Source of the DNA: Auanema rhodensis
Taxonomy: Eukaryota > Animalia > Nematoda
Reading direction: 5' to 3'
DNA length: 64,000 nt
NCBI GenBank assembly: GCA_964057225.1
Contig: OZ059897.1
Location: forward strand, 21,638,001 to 21,702,000
Below are positions 29,001 through 43,300 of the stretch, piece by piece (position 1 is the first letter of the stretch; each line of letters starts with the position of its first letter). The position numbers and the translations under genes are program-made. The notes below the pieces were generated by a model. The model did no database searches. It was not told the DNA's origin and worked only from the letters and a program-made list of their open reading frames with translations.

Positions 29001-32000
29001 ATATTGGTTCATGGTAACCATGACTTTGAAATTTACGTGAACTTAAATTTATGCTAATTAAATGTACACGTGATGTGCACTTGGTATGTAACTCGCTTCA
29101 CGTGAAAGATAAAGAGATGCGGTTTTCAAAATTAGATTCCCCATGTCCATATTAGTCTAAAAACAAATTTTTATTGATATTGGTTCATGGTAACCATGAC
29201 TTTGAAATTTACGTGAACTTTAATTTATGCTAATTAAATGTACACGTGATGTGCACTTGGTATGTAACTCGCTTTACGTGAAAGATAAAGAGATGCGGTT
29301 TTCGAAATTAGATTCCCCATGTCCATATTAGTCTAAAAACAAATTTTTATTGATATTGGTTCATGGTAACCATGACTTTGAAATTTACGTGAACTTTAAT
29401 TTATGCTAATTAAATGTACACGTGATGTGCACTTGGTATGTAACTCGCTTCACGTGAAAGATAAAGAGATGCGGTTTTCAAAATTAGATTCCCCATGTAT
29501 ATATTAGTCTAAAAACAAATTTTTATTGATATTGGTGCATGGTAACCATGACTTTGAAATTTACGTGAACTTTAATTTATGCTAATTAAATGTACACGTG
29601 ATGTGCACTTGGTATGTAACTCGCTTCACGTGAAAGATAAAGAGATGAGGTTTTCAAAATTAGATTCCCCATGTCCATATTAGTCTAAAAACAAATTTTT
29701 ATTGATATTCGTTCATGGTAACCATGACTTTGAAATTTACGTGAACTTCAATTTATGCTAATTAAATGTACACGTGATGTGCACTTGGTATGTAACTCGC
29801 TTCACGTGAAAGATAAAGAGATGCGGTTTTTAAAATAAGATTCCCCATGTCCATATTAGTCTAAAAACAAATTTTTATTGATATTGGTGCATGTTAACCA
29901 TGACTTTGAAATTCACGTGAACTTTAATTTATGCTAATTAAATGTACACGTAATGTGCACTTGGTATGTAACTCGCTTCACGTGAAAGATGAAGAGATGC
30001 GGTTTTCAAAATTAGATTCCCCATGTCCATATTAGTCTAAAAACAAATTTTTATTGATATTGGTTCATGGTAACCATGACTTTGAAATTTACGTGAACTT
30101 TAATTTATGCTAATTAAATGTACACGTGATGTGCACTTGGTATGTAACTCGCTTCACGTGAAAGATAAAGAGATGCGGTTTTCAAAATTAGATTCCCCAT
30201 GTATATATTAGTCTAAAAACAAATTTTTATTGATATTGGTGCATGGTAACCATGACTTTGAAATTTACGTGAACTTTAATTTATGCTAATTAAATGTACA
30301 CGTGATGTGCACTTGGTATGTAACTCGCTTCACGTGAAAGATAAAGAGATGCGGTTTTCAAAATTAGATTCCCCATGTCCATATTAGTCTAAAAACAAAT
30401 TTTTATTGATATTGGTTCATGGTAACCATGACTTTGAAATTTACGTGAACTTCAATTTATGCTAATTAAATGTACACGTGATGTGCACTTGGTATGTAAC
30501 TTGCTTCACGTGAAAGATAAAGAGATGCGGTTTTCAAAATTAGATTCCCCATGTCCATATTAGTCTAAAAACAAATTTTTATTAATATTGGTGCATGGTA
30601 ACCATGACTTTGAAATTTACGTGAACTTTAATTTATGCTAATTAAATGTACACGTGATGTGCACTTGGTATGTAACTCGCTTCACGTGAAAGATAAAGAG
30701 ATGCGGTTTTCAAAATTAGATTCCCCATGTCCATATTAGTCTTAAAACAAATTTTTATTGATATTGGTGCATGGTATCCATGACTTTGAAATTTACGTGA
30801 ACTTTAATTTATGCTAATTAAATGTACACGTGATGTGCACTTGGTATGTAACTCGCTTCACGTGAAAGATAAAGAGATGCGGTTTTCAAAATTAGATTCT
30901 CCATGTCCATATTAGTCTACAAACAAATTTTTATTGATATTGGTGCATGGTAACCATGACTTTGAAATTTACGTGAACTTTAATTTATGCTAATTAAATG
31001 TACACGTGATGTGCACTTGGTATGTAACTCGCTTCACGTGAAAGATAAAAAGATGCGGTTTTCAAAATTAGATTCTCCATGTCCATATTAGTCTACAAAC
31101 AAATTTTTATTGATATTGGTGCATGGTAACCATGACTTTGAAATTTACTTGAACTTTAATTTATGCTAATTAAATGTACACGTGATGTGCACTTGGTATG
31201 TAACTCGCTTCACGTGAAAGATAAAAAGATGCGGTTTTCAAAATTAGATTCCCCATGTCCATATTAGTCTAAAAACAAATTTTTATTGATATTGGTGCAT
31301 GGCAACCATGACTTTGAAATTTACTTGAACTTTAATTTATGCTAATTAAATGTACACGTGATGTGCACTTGGTATGTAACTCGCTTCACGTGAAAGATAA
31401 AAAGATGCGGTTTTCAAAATTAGATTCCCCATGTCCATATTAGTCTAAAAACAAATTTTTATTGATATTGGTTCATGGTAACCATGACTTTGAAATTTAC
31501 GTGAACTTAAATTTATGCTAATTAAATGTACACGTGATGTGCACTTGGTATGTAACTCGCTTCACGTGAAAGATAAAGAGATGCGGTTTTCAAAATTAGA
31601 TTCCCCATGTCCATATTAGTCTAAAAACAAATTTTTATTGATATTGGTGCATGGTAACCATGACTTTGAAATTTACGTGAACTTTAATTTATGCTAATTA
31701 AATGTACACGTGATGTGCACTTGGTATGTAACTCGCTTCACGTGAAAGATAAAAAGATGCGGTTTTCAAAATTAGATTCTCCATGTCCATATTAGTCTAC
31801 AAACAAATTTTTATTGATATTGGTGCATGGTAACCATGACTTTGAAATTTACTTGAACTTTAATTTATGCTAATTAAATGTACACGTGATGTGCACTTGG
31901 TATGTAACTCGCTTCACGTGAAAGATAAAAAGATGCGGTTTTCAAAATTAGATTCCCCATGTCCATATTAGTCTAAAAACAAATTTTTATTGATATTGGT

Positions 32001-32235
32001 GCATGGCAACCATGACTTTGAAATTTACTTGAACTTTAATTTATGCTAATTAAATGTACACGTGATGTGCACTTGGTATGTAACTCGCTTCACGTGAAAG
32101 ATAAAAAGATGCGGTTTTCAAAATTAGATTCCCCATGTCCATATTAGTCTAAAAACAAATTTTTATTGATATTGGTTCATGGTAACCATGACTTTGAAAT
32201 TTACGTGAACTTAAATTTATGCTAATTAAATGTAC
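20092..32235 (+). repeat. Central sub-domain built from about 4 related cassettes of 14-22 monomers
   Basis: GATGAGG+TTCGTTCA monomers at 20268, 22908, 26780 and 29596 (plus 22556). GTCTTAA+GGTATCC monomers at 21324, 24316, 28188 and 30652. CACGTAAT at 20972, 23612, 27484 and 29948. Confidence 0.85.
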
Positions 32236-35200
32236 ACGTGATGTGCACTTGGTATGTAACTCGCTTCACGTGAAAGATAAAGAGATGCGGTTTTCAAAAT
32301 TAGATTCCCCATGTCCATATTAGTCTAAAAACAAATTTTTATTGATATTGGTTCATGGTAACCATGACTTTGAAATTTACGTGAACTTTAATTTATGCTA
32401 ATTAAATGTACACGTGATGTGCACTTGGTAAGTAACTCGCTTTACGTGAAAGATAAAGAGATGCGGTTTTCGAAATTAGATTCCCCATGTCCATATTAGT
32501 CTAAAAACAAATTTTTATTGATATTGGTGCATGGTAACCATGACTTTGAAATTCACGTGAACTTTAATTTATGCTAATTAAATGTACACGTGATGTGCAC
32601 TTGGTATGTAACTCGCTTCACGTGAAAGATGAAGAGATGCGGTTTTCAAAATTAGATTCCCCATGTATATATTAGTCTAAAAACAAATTTTTATTGATAT
32701 TGGTGCATGGTAACCATGACTTTGAAATTTACGTGAACTTTAATTTATGCTAATTAAATGTACACGTGATGTGCACTTGGTATGTAACTCGCTTTACGTG
32801 AAAGATAAAGAGATGCGGTTTTCGAAATTAGATTCCCCATGTCCATATTAGTCTAAAAACAAATTTTTATTGATATTGGTGCATGGTAACCATGACTTTG
32901 AAATTCACGTGAACTTTAATTTATGCTAATTAAATGTACACGTGATGTGCACTTGGTATGTAACTCGCTTCACGTGAAAGATGAAGAGATGCGGTTTTCA
33001 AAATTAGATTCCCCATGTCCATATTAGTCTAAAAACAAATTTTTATTGATATTGGTTCATGGTAACCATGACTTTGAAATTTACGTGAACTTTAATTTAT
33101 GCTAATTAAATGTACACGTGATGTGCACTTGGTATGTAACTCGCTTCACGTGAAAGATAAAGAGATGCGGTTTTCAAAATTAGATTCCCCATGTATATAT
33201 TAGTCTAAAAACAAATTTTTATTGATATTGGTGCATGGTAACCATGACTTTGAAATTTACGTGAACTTTAATTTATGCTAATTAAATGTACACGTGATGT
33301 GCACTTGGTATGTAACTCGCTTCACGTGAAAGATAAAGAGATGCGGTTTTCAAAATTAGATTCCCCATGTCCATATTAGTCTAAAAACAAATTTTTATTG
33401 ATATTGGTTCATGGTAACCATGACTTTGAAATTTACGTGAACTTCAATTTATGCTAATTAAATGTACACGTGATGTGCACTTGGTATGTAACTTGCTTCA
33501 CGTGAAAGATAAAGAGATGCGGTTTTCAAAATTAGATTCCCCATGTCCATATTAGTCTAAAAACAAATTTTTATTAATATTGGTGCATGGTAACCATGAC
33601 TTTGAAATTTACGTGAACTTTAATTTATGCTAATTAAATGTACACGTGATGTGCACTTGGTATGTAACTCGCTTCACGTGAAAGATAAAGAGATGCGGTT
33701 TTCAAAATTAGATTCCCCATGTCCATGTTAGTCTAAAAACAAATTTTTATTGATATTGGTTCATGGTAACCATGACTTTGAAATTTACGTGAACTTTAAT
33801 TTATGCTAATTAAATGTACACGTGATGTGCACTTGGTATGTAACTCGCTTCACGTGAAAGATAAAGAGATGCGGTTTTCAAAATTAGATTCCCCATGTAT
33901 ATATTAGTCTAAAAACAAATTTTTATTGATATTGGTGCATGGTAACCATGACTTTGAAATTTACGTGAACTTTAATTTATGCTAATTAAATGTACACGTG
34001 ATGTGCACTTGGTATGTAACTCGCTTCACGTGAAAGATAAAGAGATGCGGTTCTCAAAATTAGATTCCCCATGTCCATATTAGTCTAAAAACAAATTTTT
34101 ATTGATATTGGTTCATGGTAACCATGACTTTGAAATTTACGTGAACTTTAATTTATGCTAATTGAATTTACACGTGATGTGCACTTGGTATGTAACTCGC
34201 TTCACGTGAAAGATAAAAAGATGTGGTTTTCAAAATTAGATTCCCCATGTCCATATTAGTCTAAAAACTAATTTTTATTGATATTGGTTCATGGTAACCA
34301 TGACTTTGAAATTTACGTGAACTTTAATTTGTGCTAATTAAATGTACACGTGATGTGCACTTGGTATGTAACTCGCTTCACGTGAAAGATAAAGAGATGC
34401 GGTTTTCAAAATTAGATTCCCCATGTCCATATTAGTCTAAAAACAAATTTTTATTGATATTGGTGCATGGTAACCATGACTTTGAAATTTACGTGAACTT
34501 TAATTTATGCTAATTAAATGTACACGTGATGTGCACTTGGTATGTAACTCGCTTCACGTGAAAGATAAAGAGATGCGGTTTTCAAAAATAGATTCCCCAT
34601 GTCCATATTAGTCTAAAAACAAATTTTTATCGATATTGGTTCATGGTAACCATGACTTTGAAATTTACGTGAACTTTAATTTATGCTAATTAAATGTACA
34701 CGTGATGTGCACTTGGTATCTAACTCGCTTCACGTGAAAGATAAAGAGATGCGGTTTTCAAAATTATATTCCCCATGTCCATATTAGTCTAAAAACAAAT
34801 TTTTATTGATATTGGTGCATGGTAACCATGACTTTGAAATTTACGTGAACTTTAATTTGTGCTAATTAAATGTACACGTGATGTGCACTTGGTATGTAAC
34901 TCGCTTCACGTGAAAGATAAAGAGATGCGGTTTTCAAAATTAGATTCCCCATGTCCATATTAGTCTAAAAACAAATTTTTATTGATATTGGTGCATGGTA
35001 ACCATGACTTTGAAATTTACGTGAACTTTAATTTATGCTAATTAAATGTACACGTGATGTGCACTTGGTATGTAACTCGCTTCACGTGAAAGATAAAGAG
35101 ATGCGGTTTTCAAAATTAGATTCCCCATGTCCATATTAGTCTAAAAACAAATTTTTATTGATATTGGTTCATGGTAACCATGACTTTGAAATTTACGTGA

Positions 35201-38200
35201 ACTTTAATTTATGCTAATTGAATTTACACGTGATGTGCACTTGGTATGTAACTCGCTTCACGTGAAAGATAAAAAGATGTGGTTTTCAAAATTAGATTCC
35301 CCATGTCCATATTAGTCTAAAAACTAATTTTTATTGATATTGGTTCATGGTAACCATGACTTTGAAATTTACGTGAACTTTAATTTATGCTAATTAAATG
35401 TACACGTGATGTGCACTTGGTATGTAACTCGCTTCACGTGAAAGATAAAGAGATGCGGTTTTCAAAATTAGATTCCCCATGTCCATATTAGTCTAAAAAC
35501 AAATTTTTATTGATATTGGTGCATGGTAACCATGACTTTGAAATTTACGTGAACTTTAATTTATGCTAATTAAATGTACACGTGATGTGCACTTGGTATG
35601 TAACTCGCTTCACGTGAAAGATAAAGAGATGCGGTTTTCAAAATTAGATTCCCCATGTCCATATTAGTCTAAAACCAAATTTTTATTGATATTGGTTCAT
35701 GGTAACCATGACTTTGAAATTTACGTGAACTTTAATTTATGCTAATTAAATGTACACGTGATGTGCACTTGGTATGTAACTCGCTTCACGTGAAAGATGA
35801 AGAGATGCGGTTTTCAAAATTAGATTCCCCATGTCCATATTAGTCTAAAAACAAATTTTTATTGATATTGGTTCATGGTAACCATGACTTTGAAATTTAC
35901 GTGAACTTTAATTTATGCTAATTGAATTTACACGTGATGTGCACTTGGTATGTAACTCGCTTCACGTGAAAGATAAAAAGATGTGGTTTTCAAAATTAGA
36001 TTCCCCATGTCCATATTAGTCTAAAAACTAATTTTTATTGATATTGGTTCATGGTAACCATGACTTTGAAATTTACGTGAACTTTAATTTATGCTAATTA
36101 AATGTACACGTGATGTGCACTTGGTATGTAACTCGCTTCACGTGAAAGATAAAGAGATGCGGTTTTCAAAATTAGATTCCCCATGTCCATATTAGTCTAA
36201 AAACAAATTTTTATTGATATTGGTGCATGGTAACCATGACTTTGAAATTTACGTGAACTTTAATTTATGCTAATTAAATGTACACGTGATGTGCACTTGG
36301 TATGTAACTCGCTTCACGTGAAAGATAAAGAGATGCGGTTTTCAAAATTAGATTCCCCATGTCCATATTAGTCTAAAACCAAATTTTTATTGATATTGGT
36401 TCATGGTAACCATGACTTTGAAATTTACGTGAACTTTAATTTATGCTAATTAAATGTACACGTGATGTGCACTTGGTATGTAACTCGCTTCACGTGAAAG
36501 ATGAAGAGATGCGGTTTTCAAAATTAGATTCCCCATGTCCATATTAGTCTAAAAACAAATTTTTATTGATATTGGTTCATGGTAACCATGACTTTGAAAT
36601 TTACGTGAACTTTAATTTATGCTAATTAAATGTACACGTGATGTGCACTTGGTATGTAACTCGCTCCACGTGAAAGATAAAGAGATGCGGTTTTCAAAAT
36701 TAGATTCCCCATGTCCATATTAGTCTAAAAACAAATTTTTATTGATATTGGTTCATGGTAACCATGACTTTGAAATTTACGTGAACTTTAATTTATGCTA
36801 ATTAAATGTACACGTGATGTGCACTTGGTATGTAACTCGCTTCACGTGAAAGATAAAGAGATGCGGTTTTTAAAATTAGATTCCCCATGTCCATATTAGT
36901 CTAAAAACAAATTTTTATTGATATTGGTGCATGGTAACCATGACTTTGAAATTTACGTGAACTTTAATTTATGCTCATTAAATGTACCCGTGATGTGCAC
37001 TTGGTATGTAACTCGCTTCACGTGAAAGATAAAGAGATGCGGTTTTCAAAATTAGATTCCCCATCTCCATATTAGTCTAAAAACAAATTTTTATTGATAT
37101 TGGTGCATGGTAACCATGACTTTGAAATTTACGTGAACTTTAATTTATGCTAATTAAATGTACACGTGATGTGCACTTGGTATGTAACTCGCTTCACGTG
37201 AAAGATAAAGAGATGCGGTTTTCAAAATTAGATTCCCCATGTCCATATTAGTCTAAAAACAAATTTTTATTGATATTGGTTCATGGTAACCATGACTTTG
37301 AATATTACGTGAACTTTAATTTATGCTAATTGAATGTACACGTGATGTGCACTTGGTATGTAACTCGCTTCACGTGAAAGATAAAGAGATGCGGTTTTCA
37401 AAATTAGATTCCCCATGTCCATATTAGTCTAAAAACAAATTTTTATTGATATTGGTTCATGGTAACCATGACTTTGAATATTACGTGAACTTTAATTTAT
37501 GCTAATTGAATGTACACGTGATGTGCACTTGGTATGTAACTCGCTTCACGTGAAAGATAAAGAGATGCGGTTTTCAAAATTAGATTCCCCATGTCCATAT
37601 TAGTCTAAAAACAAATTTTTATTGATATTGGTTCATGGTAACCATGACTTTGAAATTTACGTGAACTTTAATTTATGCTAATTAAATGTACACGTGATGT
37701 GCACTTGGTATGTAACTCGCTTCACGTGAAAGATAAAGAGATGCGGTTTTCAAAATTAGATTCCCCATGTCCATATTAGTCTAAAAACAAATTTTTATTG
37801 ATATTGGTGCATGGTAACCATGACTTTGAAATTTACGTGAACTTTAATTTATGCTAATTAAATGTACACGTGATGTGCACTTGGTATGTAACTCGCTTCA
37901 CGTAAAAGATGAAGAGATGCGGTTTTCAAAATTAGATTCCCCATGTCCATATTAGTCTAAAAACAAATTTTTATTGATATTGGTGCATGGTAACCATGAC
38001 TTTGAAATTTACGTGAACTTTAATTTATGCTAATTAAATGTACACGTGATGTGCACTTGGTATGTAACTTGCTTCACGTGAAAGATCAAGAGATGCGGTT
38101 TTCAAAATTAGATTCCCCATGTCCATATTAGTCTAAAAACAAATTTTTATTGATATTGGTGCATGGTAACCATGACTTTGAAATTTACGTGAACTTTAAT

Positions 38201-39803
38201 TTATGCTAATTAAATGTACACGTGATGTGCACTTGGTATGTAACTCGCTTCACGTAAAAGATAAAGAGATTCGGTTCTCAAAATTAGATTCCCCATGTCC
38301 ATATTAGTCTAAAAACAAATTTTTATTGATATTGGTGCATGGTAACCATGACTTTGAAATTTACGTGAACTTTAATTTATGCTAATTAAATGTACACGTG
38401 ATGTGCACTTGGTATGTAACTCGCTTCACGTAAAAAATAAAGAGATGCGGTTTTCAAAATTAGATTCCCCATGTCCATATTAGTCTAAAAACAAATTTTT
38501 ATTGATATTGGTTCATGGTAACCATGACTTTGAAATTTACGTGAACTTTAATTTATGCTAATTAAATGTACACGTGATGTGCACTTGGTATGTAACTCGC
38601 TTCACGTGAAAGATAAAGAGATTCGGTTTTCAAAATTAGATTCCCCATGTCCATATTAGTCTAAAAACAAATTTTTATTGATATTGGTGCATGGTAACCA
38701 TGACTTTGAAATTTACGTGAACTTTAATTTATGCTAATTAAATGTACACGTGATGTGCACTTGGTATGTAACTCGCTTCACGTAAAAAATAAAGAGATGC
38801 GGTTTTCAAAATTAGATTCCCCATGTCCATATTAGTTTAAAAACAAATTTTTATTGATATTGGTTCATGGTAACCATGACTTTGAAATTTACGTGAACTT
38901 TAATTTATGCTAATTAAATGTACACGTGATGTGCACTTGGTATGTAACTCGCTTCACGTGAAAGATAAAGAGATGCGGTTTTTAAAATTAGATTCCCCAT
39001 GTCCATATTAGTCTAAAAACAAATTTTTATTGATATTGGTGCATGGTAACCATGACTTTGAAATTTACGTGAACTTTAATTTATGCTAATTAAATGTACA
39101 CGTGATGTGCACTTGGTATGTAACTCGCTTCACGTAAAAGATGAAGAGATGCGGTTTTCAAAATTAGATTCCCCATGTCCATATTAGTCTAAAAACAAAT
39201 TTTTATTGATATTGGTGCATGGTAACCATGACTTTGAAATTTACGTGAACTTTAATTTATGCTAATTAAATGTACACGTGATGTGCACTTGGTATGTAAC
39301 TCGCTTCACGTGAAAGATAAAGAGATGCGGTTTTCAAAATTAGATTCCCCATGTCCATATTAGTCTAAAAACAAATTTTTATTGATATTGGTGCATGGTA
39401 ACCATGACTTTGAAATTTACGTGAACTTTAATTTATGCTAATTAAATGTACACGTGATGTGCACTTGGTATGTAACTCGCTTCACGTGAAAGATAAAGAG
39501 ATGCGGTTTTCAAAATTAGATTCCCCATGTCCATATTAGTCTAAAAACAAATTTTTATTGATATTGGTTCATGGTAACCATGACTTTGAATATTACGTGA
39601 ACTTTAATTTATGCTAATTGAATGTACACGTGATGTGCACTTGGTATGTAACTCGCTTCACGTGAAAGATAAAGAGATGCGGTTTTCAAAATTAGATTCC
39701 CCATGTCCATATTAGTCTAAAAACAAATTTTTATTGATATTGGTTCATGGTAACCATGACTTTGAAATTTACGTGAACTTTAATTTATGCTAATTAAATG
39801 TAC

Positions 39804-39978
39804 ACGTGATGTGCACTTGGTATGTAACTCGCTTCACGTGAAAGATCAAGAGATGCGGTTTTAAAAATTAGATTCCCCATGTCCATATTAGTCTAAAACA
39901 AATTTTTATTGATATTGGTGCATGGTAACCATGACTTTGAAATTTACGTGAACTTTAATTTATGCTAATTAAATGTAC
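39804..39978 (+). repeat. 175-bp monomer with a 1-bp deletion in the A5 run
   Basis: GTCTAAAACAAATT at about 39891-39904 versus the consensus GTCTAAAAACAAATT; the phase shifts by -1. Confidence 0.9.
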
Positions 39979-40330
39979 ACGTGATGTGCACTTGGTATGT
40001 AACTCGCTTCACGTGAAAGATAAAGAGATTTGGTTTTCAAAATTAGATTCCCCATGTCCATATTAGTCTAAAAACAAATTTTTATTGATATTGGTGCATG
40101 GTAACCATGACTTTGAAATTTACGTGAACTTTAATTTATGCTAATTAAATGTACACGTGATGTGCACTTGGTATGTAACTCGCTTCACGTAAAAAATAAA
40201 GAGATGCGGTTTTCAAAATTAGATTCCCCATGTCCATATTAGTCTAAAAACAAATTTTTATTGATATTGGTTCATGGTAACCATGACTTTGAAATTTACG
40301 TGAACTTTAATTTATGCTAATTAAATGTAC

Positions 40331-43300
40331 ACGTGATGTGCACTTGGTATGTAACTCGCTTCACGTGAAAGATAAAGAGATTCGGTTTTCGAAATTAGAT
40401 TCCCCATGTCCATATTAGTCTAAAAACAAATTTTTATTGATATTGGTTCATGGTAACCATGACTTTGAATATTACGTGAACGTTAATTTATGCTAATTGA
40501 ATGTACACGTGATGTGCACTTGGTATGTAACTCGCTTCACGTGAAAGATGAAGAGATGCGGTTTTTAAAATTAGATTCCCCATGTCCATATTAGTCTAAA
40601 AACAAATTTTTATTGATATTGGTTCATGGTAACCATGACTTTGAAATTTACGTGAACTTTAATTTATGCTAATTAAATGTACACGTGATGTGCACTTGGT
40701 ATGTAACTCGCTTCACGTGAAAGATAAAGAGATGCGGTTTTCAAAATTAGATTCCCCATGTCCATATTAGTCTAAAAACAAATTTTTATTGATATTGGTT
40801 CATGGTAACCATGACTTTGAAATTTACGTGAACTTTAATTTATGCTAATTAAATGTACACGTGATGTGCACTTGGTATGTAACTCGCTTCACGTGAAAGA
40901 TAAAGAGATGCGGTTTTCAAAATTAGATTCCCCATGTCCATATTAGTCTAAAAACAAATTTTTATTGATATTGGTGCATGGTAACCATGACTTTGAAATT
41001 TACGTGAACTTTAATTTATGCTAATTAAATGTACACGTGATGTGCACTTGGTATGTAACTCGCTTCACGTAAAAGATGAAGAGATGCGGTTTTCAAAATT
41101 AGATTCCCCATGTCCATATTAGTCTAAAAACAAATTTTTATTGATATTGGTGCATGGTAACCATGACTTTGAAATTTACGTGAACTTTAATTTATGCTAA
41201 TTAAATGTACACGTGATGTGCACTTGGTATGTAACTCGCTTCACGTGAAAGATCAAGAGATGCGGTTTTCAAAATTAGATTCCCCATGTCCATATTAGTC
41301 TAAAAACAAATTTTTATTGATATTGGTGCATGGTAACCATGACTTTGAAATTTACGTGAACTTTAATTTATGCTAATTAATTGTACACGTGATGTGCACT
41401 TGGTATGTAACTCGCTTCACGTGAAAGATAAAGAGATTCCGTTTTCAAAATTAGATTCCCCATGTCCATATTAGTCTAAAAACAAATTTTTATTGATATT
41501 GGTGCATGGTAACCATGACTTTGAAATTTACGTGAACTTTAATTTATGCTAATTAAATGTACACGTGATGTGCACTTGGTATGTAACTCGCTTCACGTAA
41601 AAAATAAAGAGATGCGGTTTTCAAAATTAGATTCCCCATGTCCATATTAGTCTAAAAACAAATTTTTATTGATATTGGTTCATGGTAACCATGACTTTGA
41701 AATTTACGTGAACTTTAATTTATGCTAATTAAATGTACACGTGATGTGCACTTGGTATGTAACTCGCTTCACGTGAAAGATAAAGAGATTCGGTTTTCGA
41801 AATTAGATTCCCCATGTCCATATTAGTCTAAAAACAAATTTTTATTGATATTGGTTCATGGTAACCATGACTTTGAATATTACGTGAACGTTAATTTATG
41901 CTAATTGAATGTACACGTGATGTGCACTTGGTATGTAACTCGCTTCACGTGAAAGATAAAGAGATGCGGTTTTCAAAATTAGATTCCCCATGTCCATATT
42001 AGTCTAAAAACAAATTTTTATTGATATTGGTTCATGGTAACCATGACTTTGAAATTTACGTGAACTTTGATTTATGCTAATTAAATGTACACGTGATGTG
42101 CACTTGGTATGTAACTCGCTTCACGTGAAAGATCAAGAGATGCGGTTTTCAAAATTAGATTCCCCATGTCCATATTAGTCTAAAAACAAATTTTTATTGA
42201 TATTGGTGCATGGTAACCATGACTTTGAAATTTACGTGAACTTTAATTTATGCTAATTAAATGTACACGTGATGTGCACTTGGTATGTAACTCGCTTCAC
42301 GTGAAAGATAAAGAGATGCGGTTTTCAAAATTAGATTCCCCATGTCCATATTAGTCTAAAAACAAATTTTTATTGATATTGGTTCATGGTAACCATGACT
42401 TTGAAATTTACGTGAACTTTAATTTATGCTAATTGAATTTACACGTGATGTGCACTTGGTATGTAACTCGCTTCACGTGAAAGATAAAAAGATGTGGTTT
42501 TCAAAATTAGATTCCCCATGTCCATATTAGTCTAAAAACAAATTTTTATTGATATTGGTTCATGGTAACCATGACTTTGAAATTTACGTGAACTTTAATT
42601 TATGCTAATTAAATGTACACGTGATGTGCACTTGGTATGTAACTCGCTTCACGTGAAAGATAAAGAGATTCGGTTTTCGAAATTAGATTCCCCATGTCCA
42701 TATTAGTCTAAAAACAAATTTTTATTGATATTGGTTCATGGTAACCATGACTTTGAATATTACGTGAACGTTAATTTATGCTAATTGAATGTACACGTGA
42801 TGTGCACTTGGTATGTAACTCGCTTCACGTGAAAGATGAAGAGATGCGGTTTTTAAAATTAGATTCCCCATGTCCATATTAGTCTAAAAACAAATTTTTA
42901 TTGATATTGGTTCATGGTAACCATGACTTTGAAATTTACGTGAACTTTAATTTATGCTAATTAAATGTACACGTGATGTGCACTTGGTATGTAACTCGCT
43001 TCACGTGAAAGATAAAGAGATGCGGTTTTCAAAATTAGATTCCCCATGTCCATATTAGTCTAAAAACAAATTTTTATTGATATTGGTTCATGGTAACCAT
43101 GACTTTGAAATTTACGTGAACTTTAATTTATGCTAATTAAATGTACACGTGATGTGCACTTGGTATGTAACTCGCTTCACGTGAAAGATAAAGAGATGCG
43201 GTTTTCAAAATTAGATTCCCCATGTCCATATTAGTCTAAAAACAAATTTTTATTGATATTGGTGCATGGTAACCATGACTTTGAAATTTACGTGAACTTT

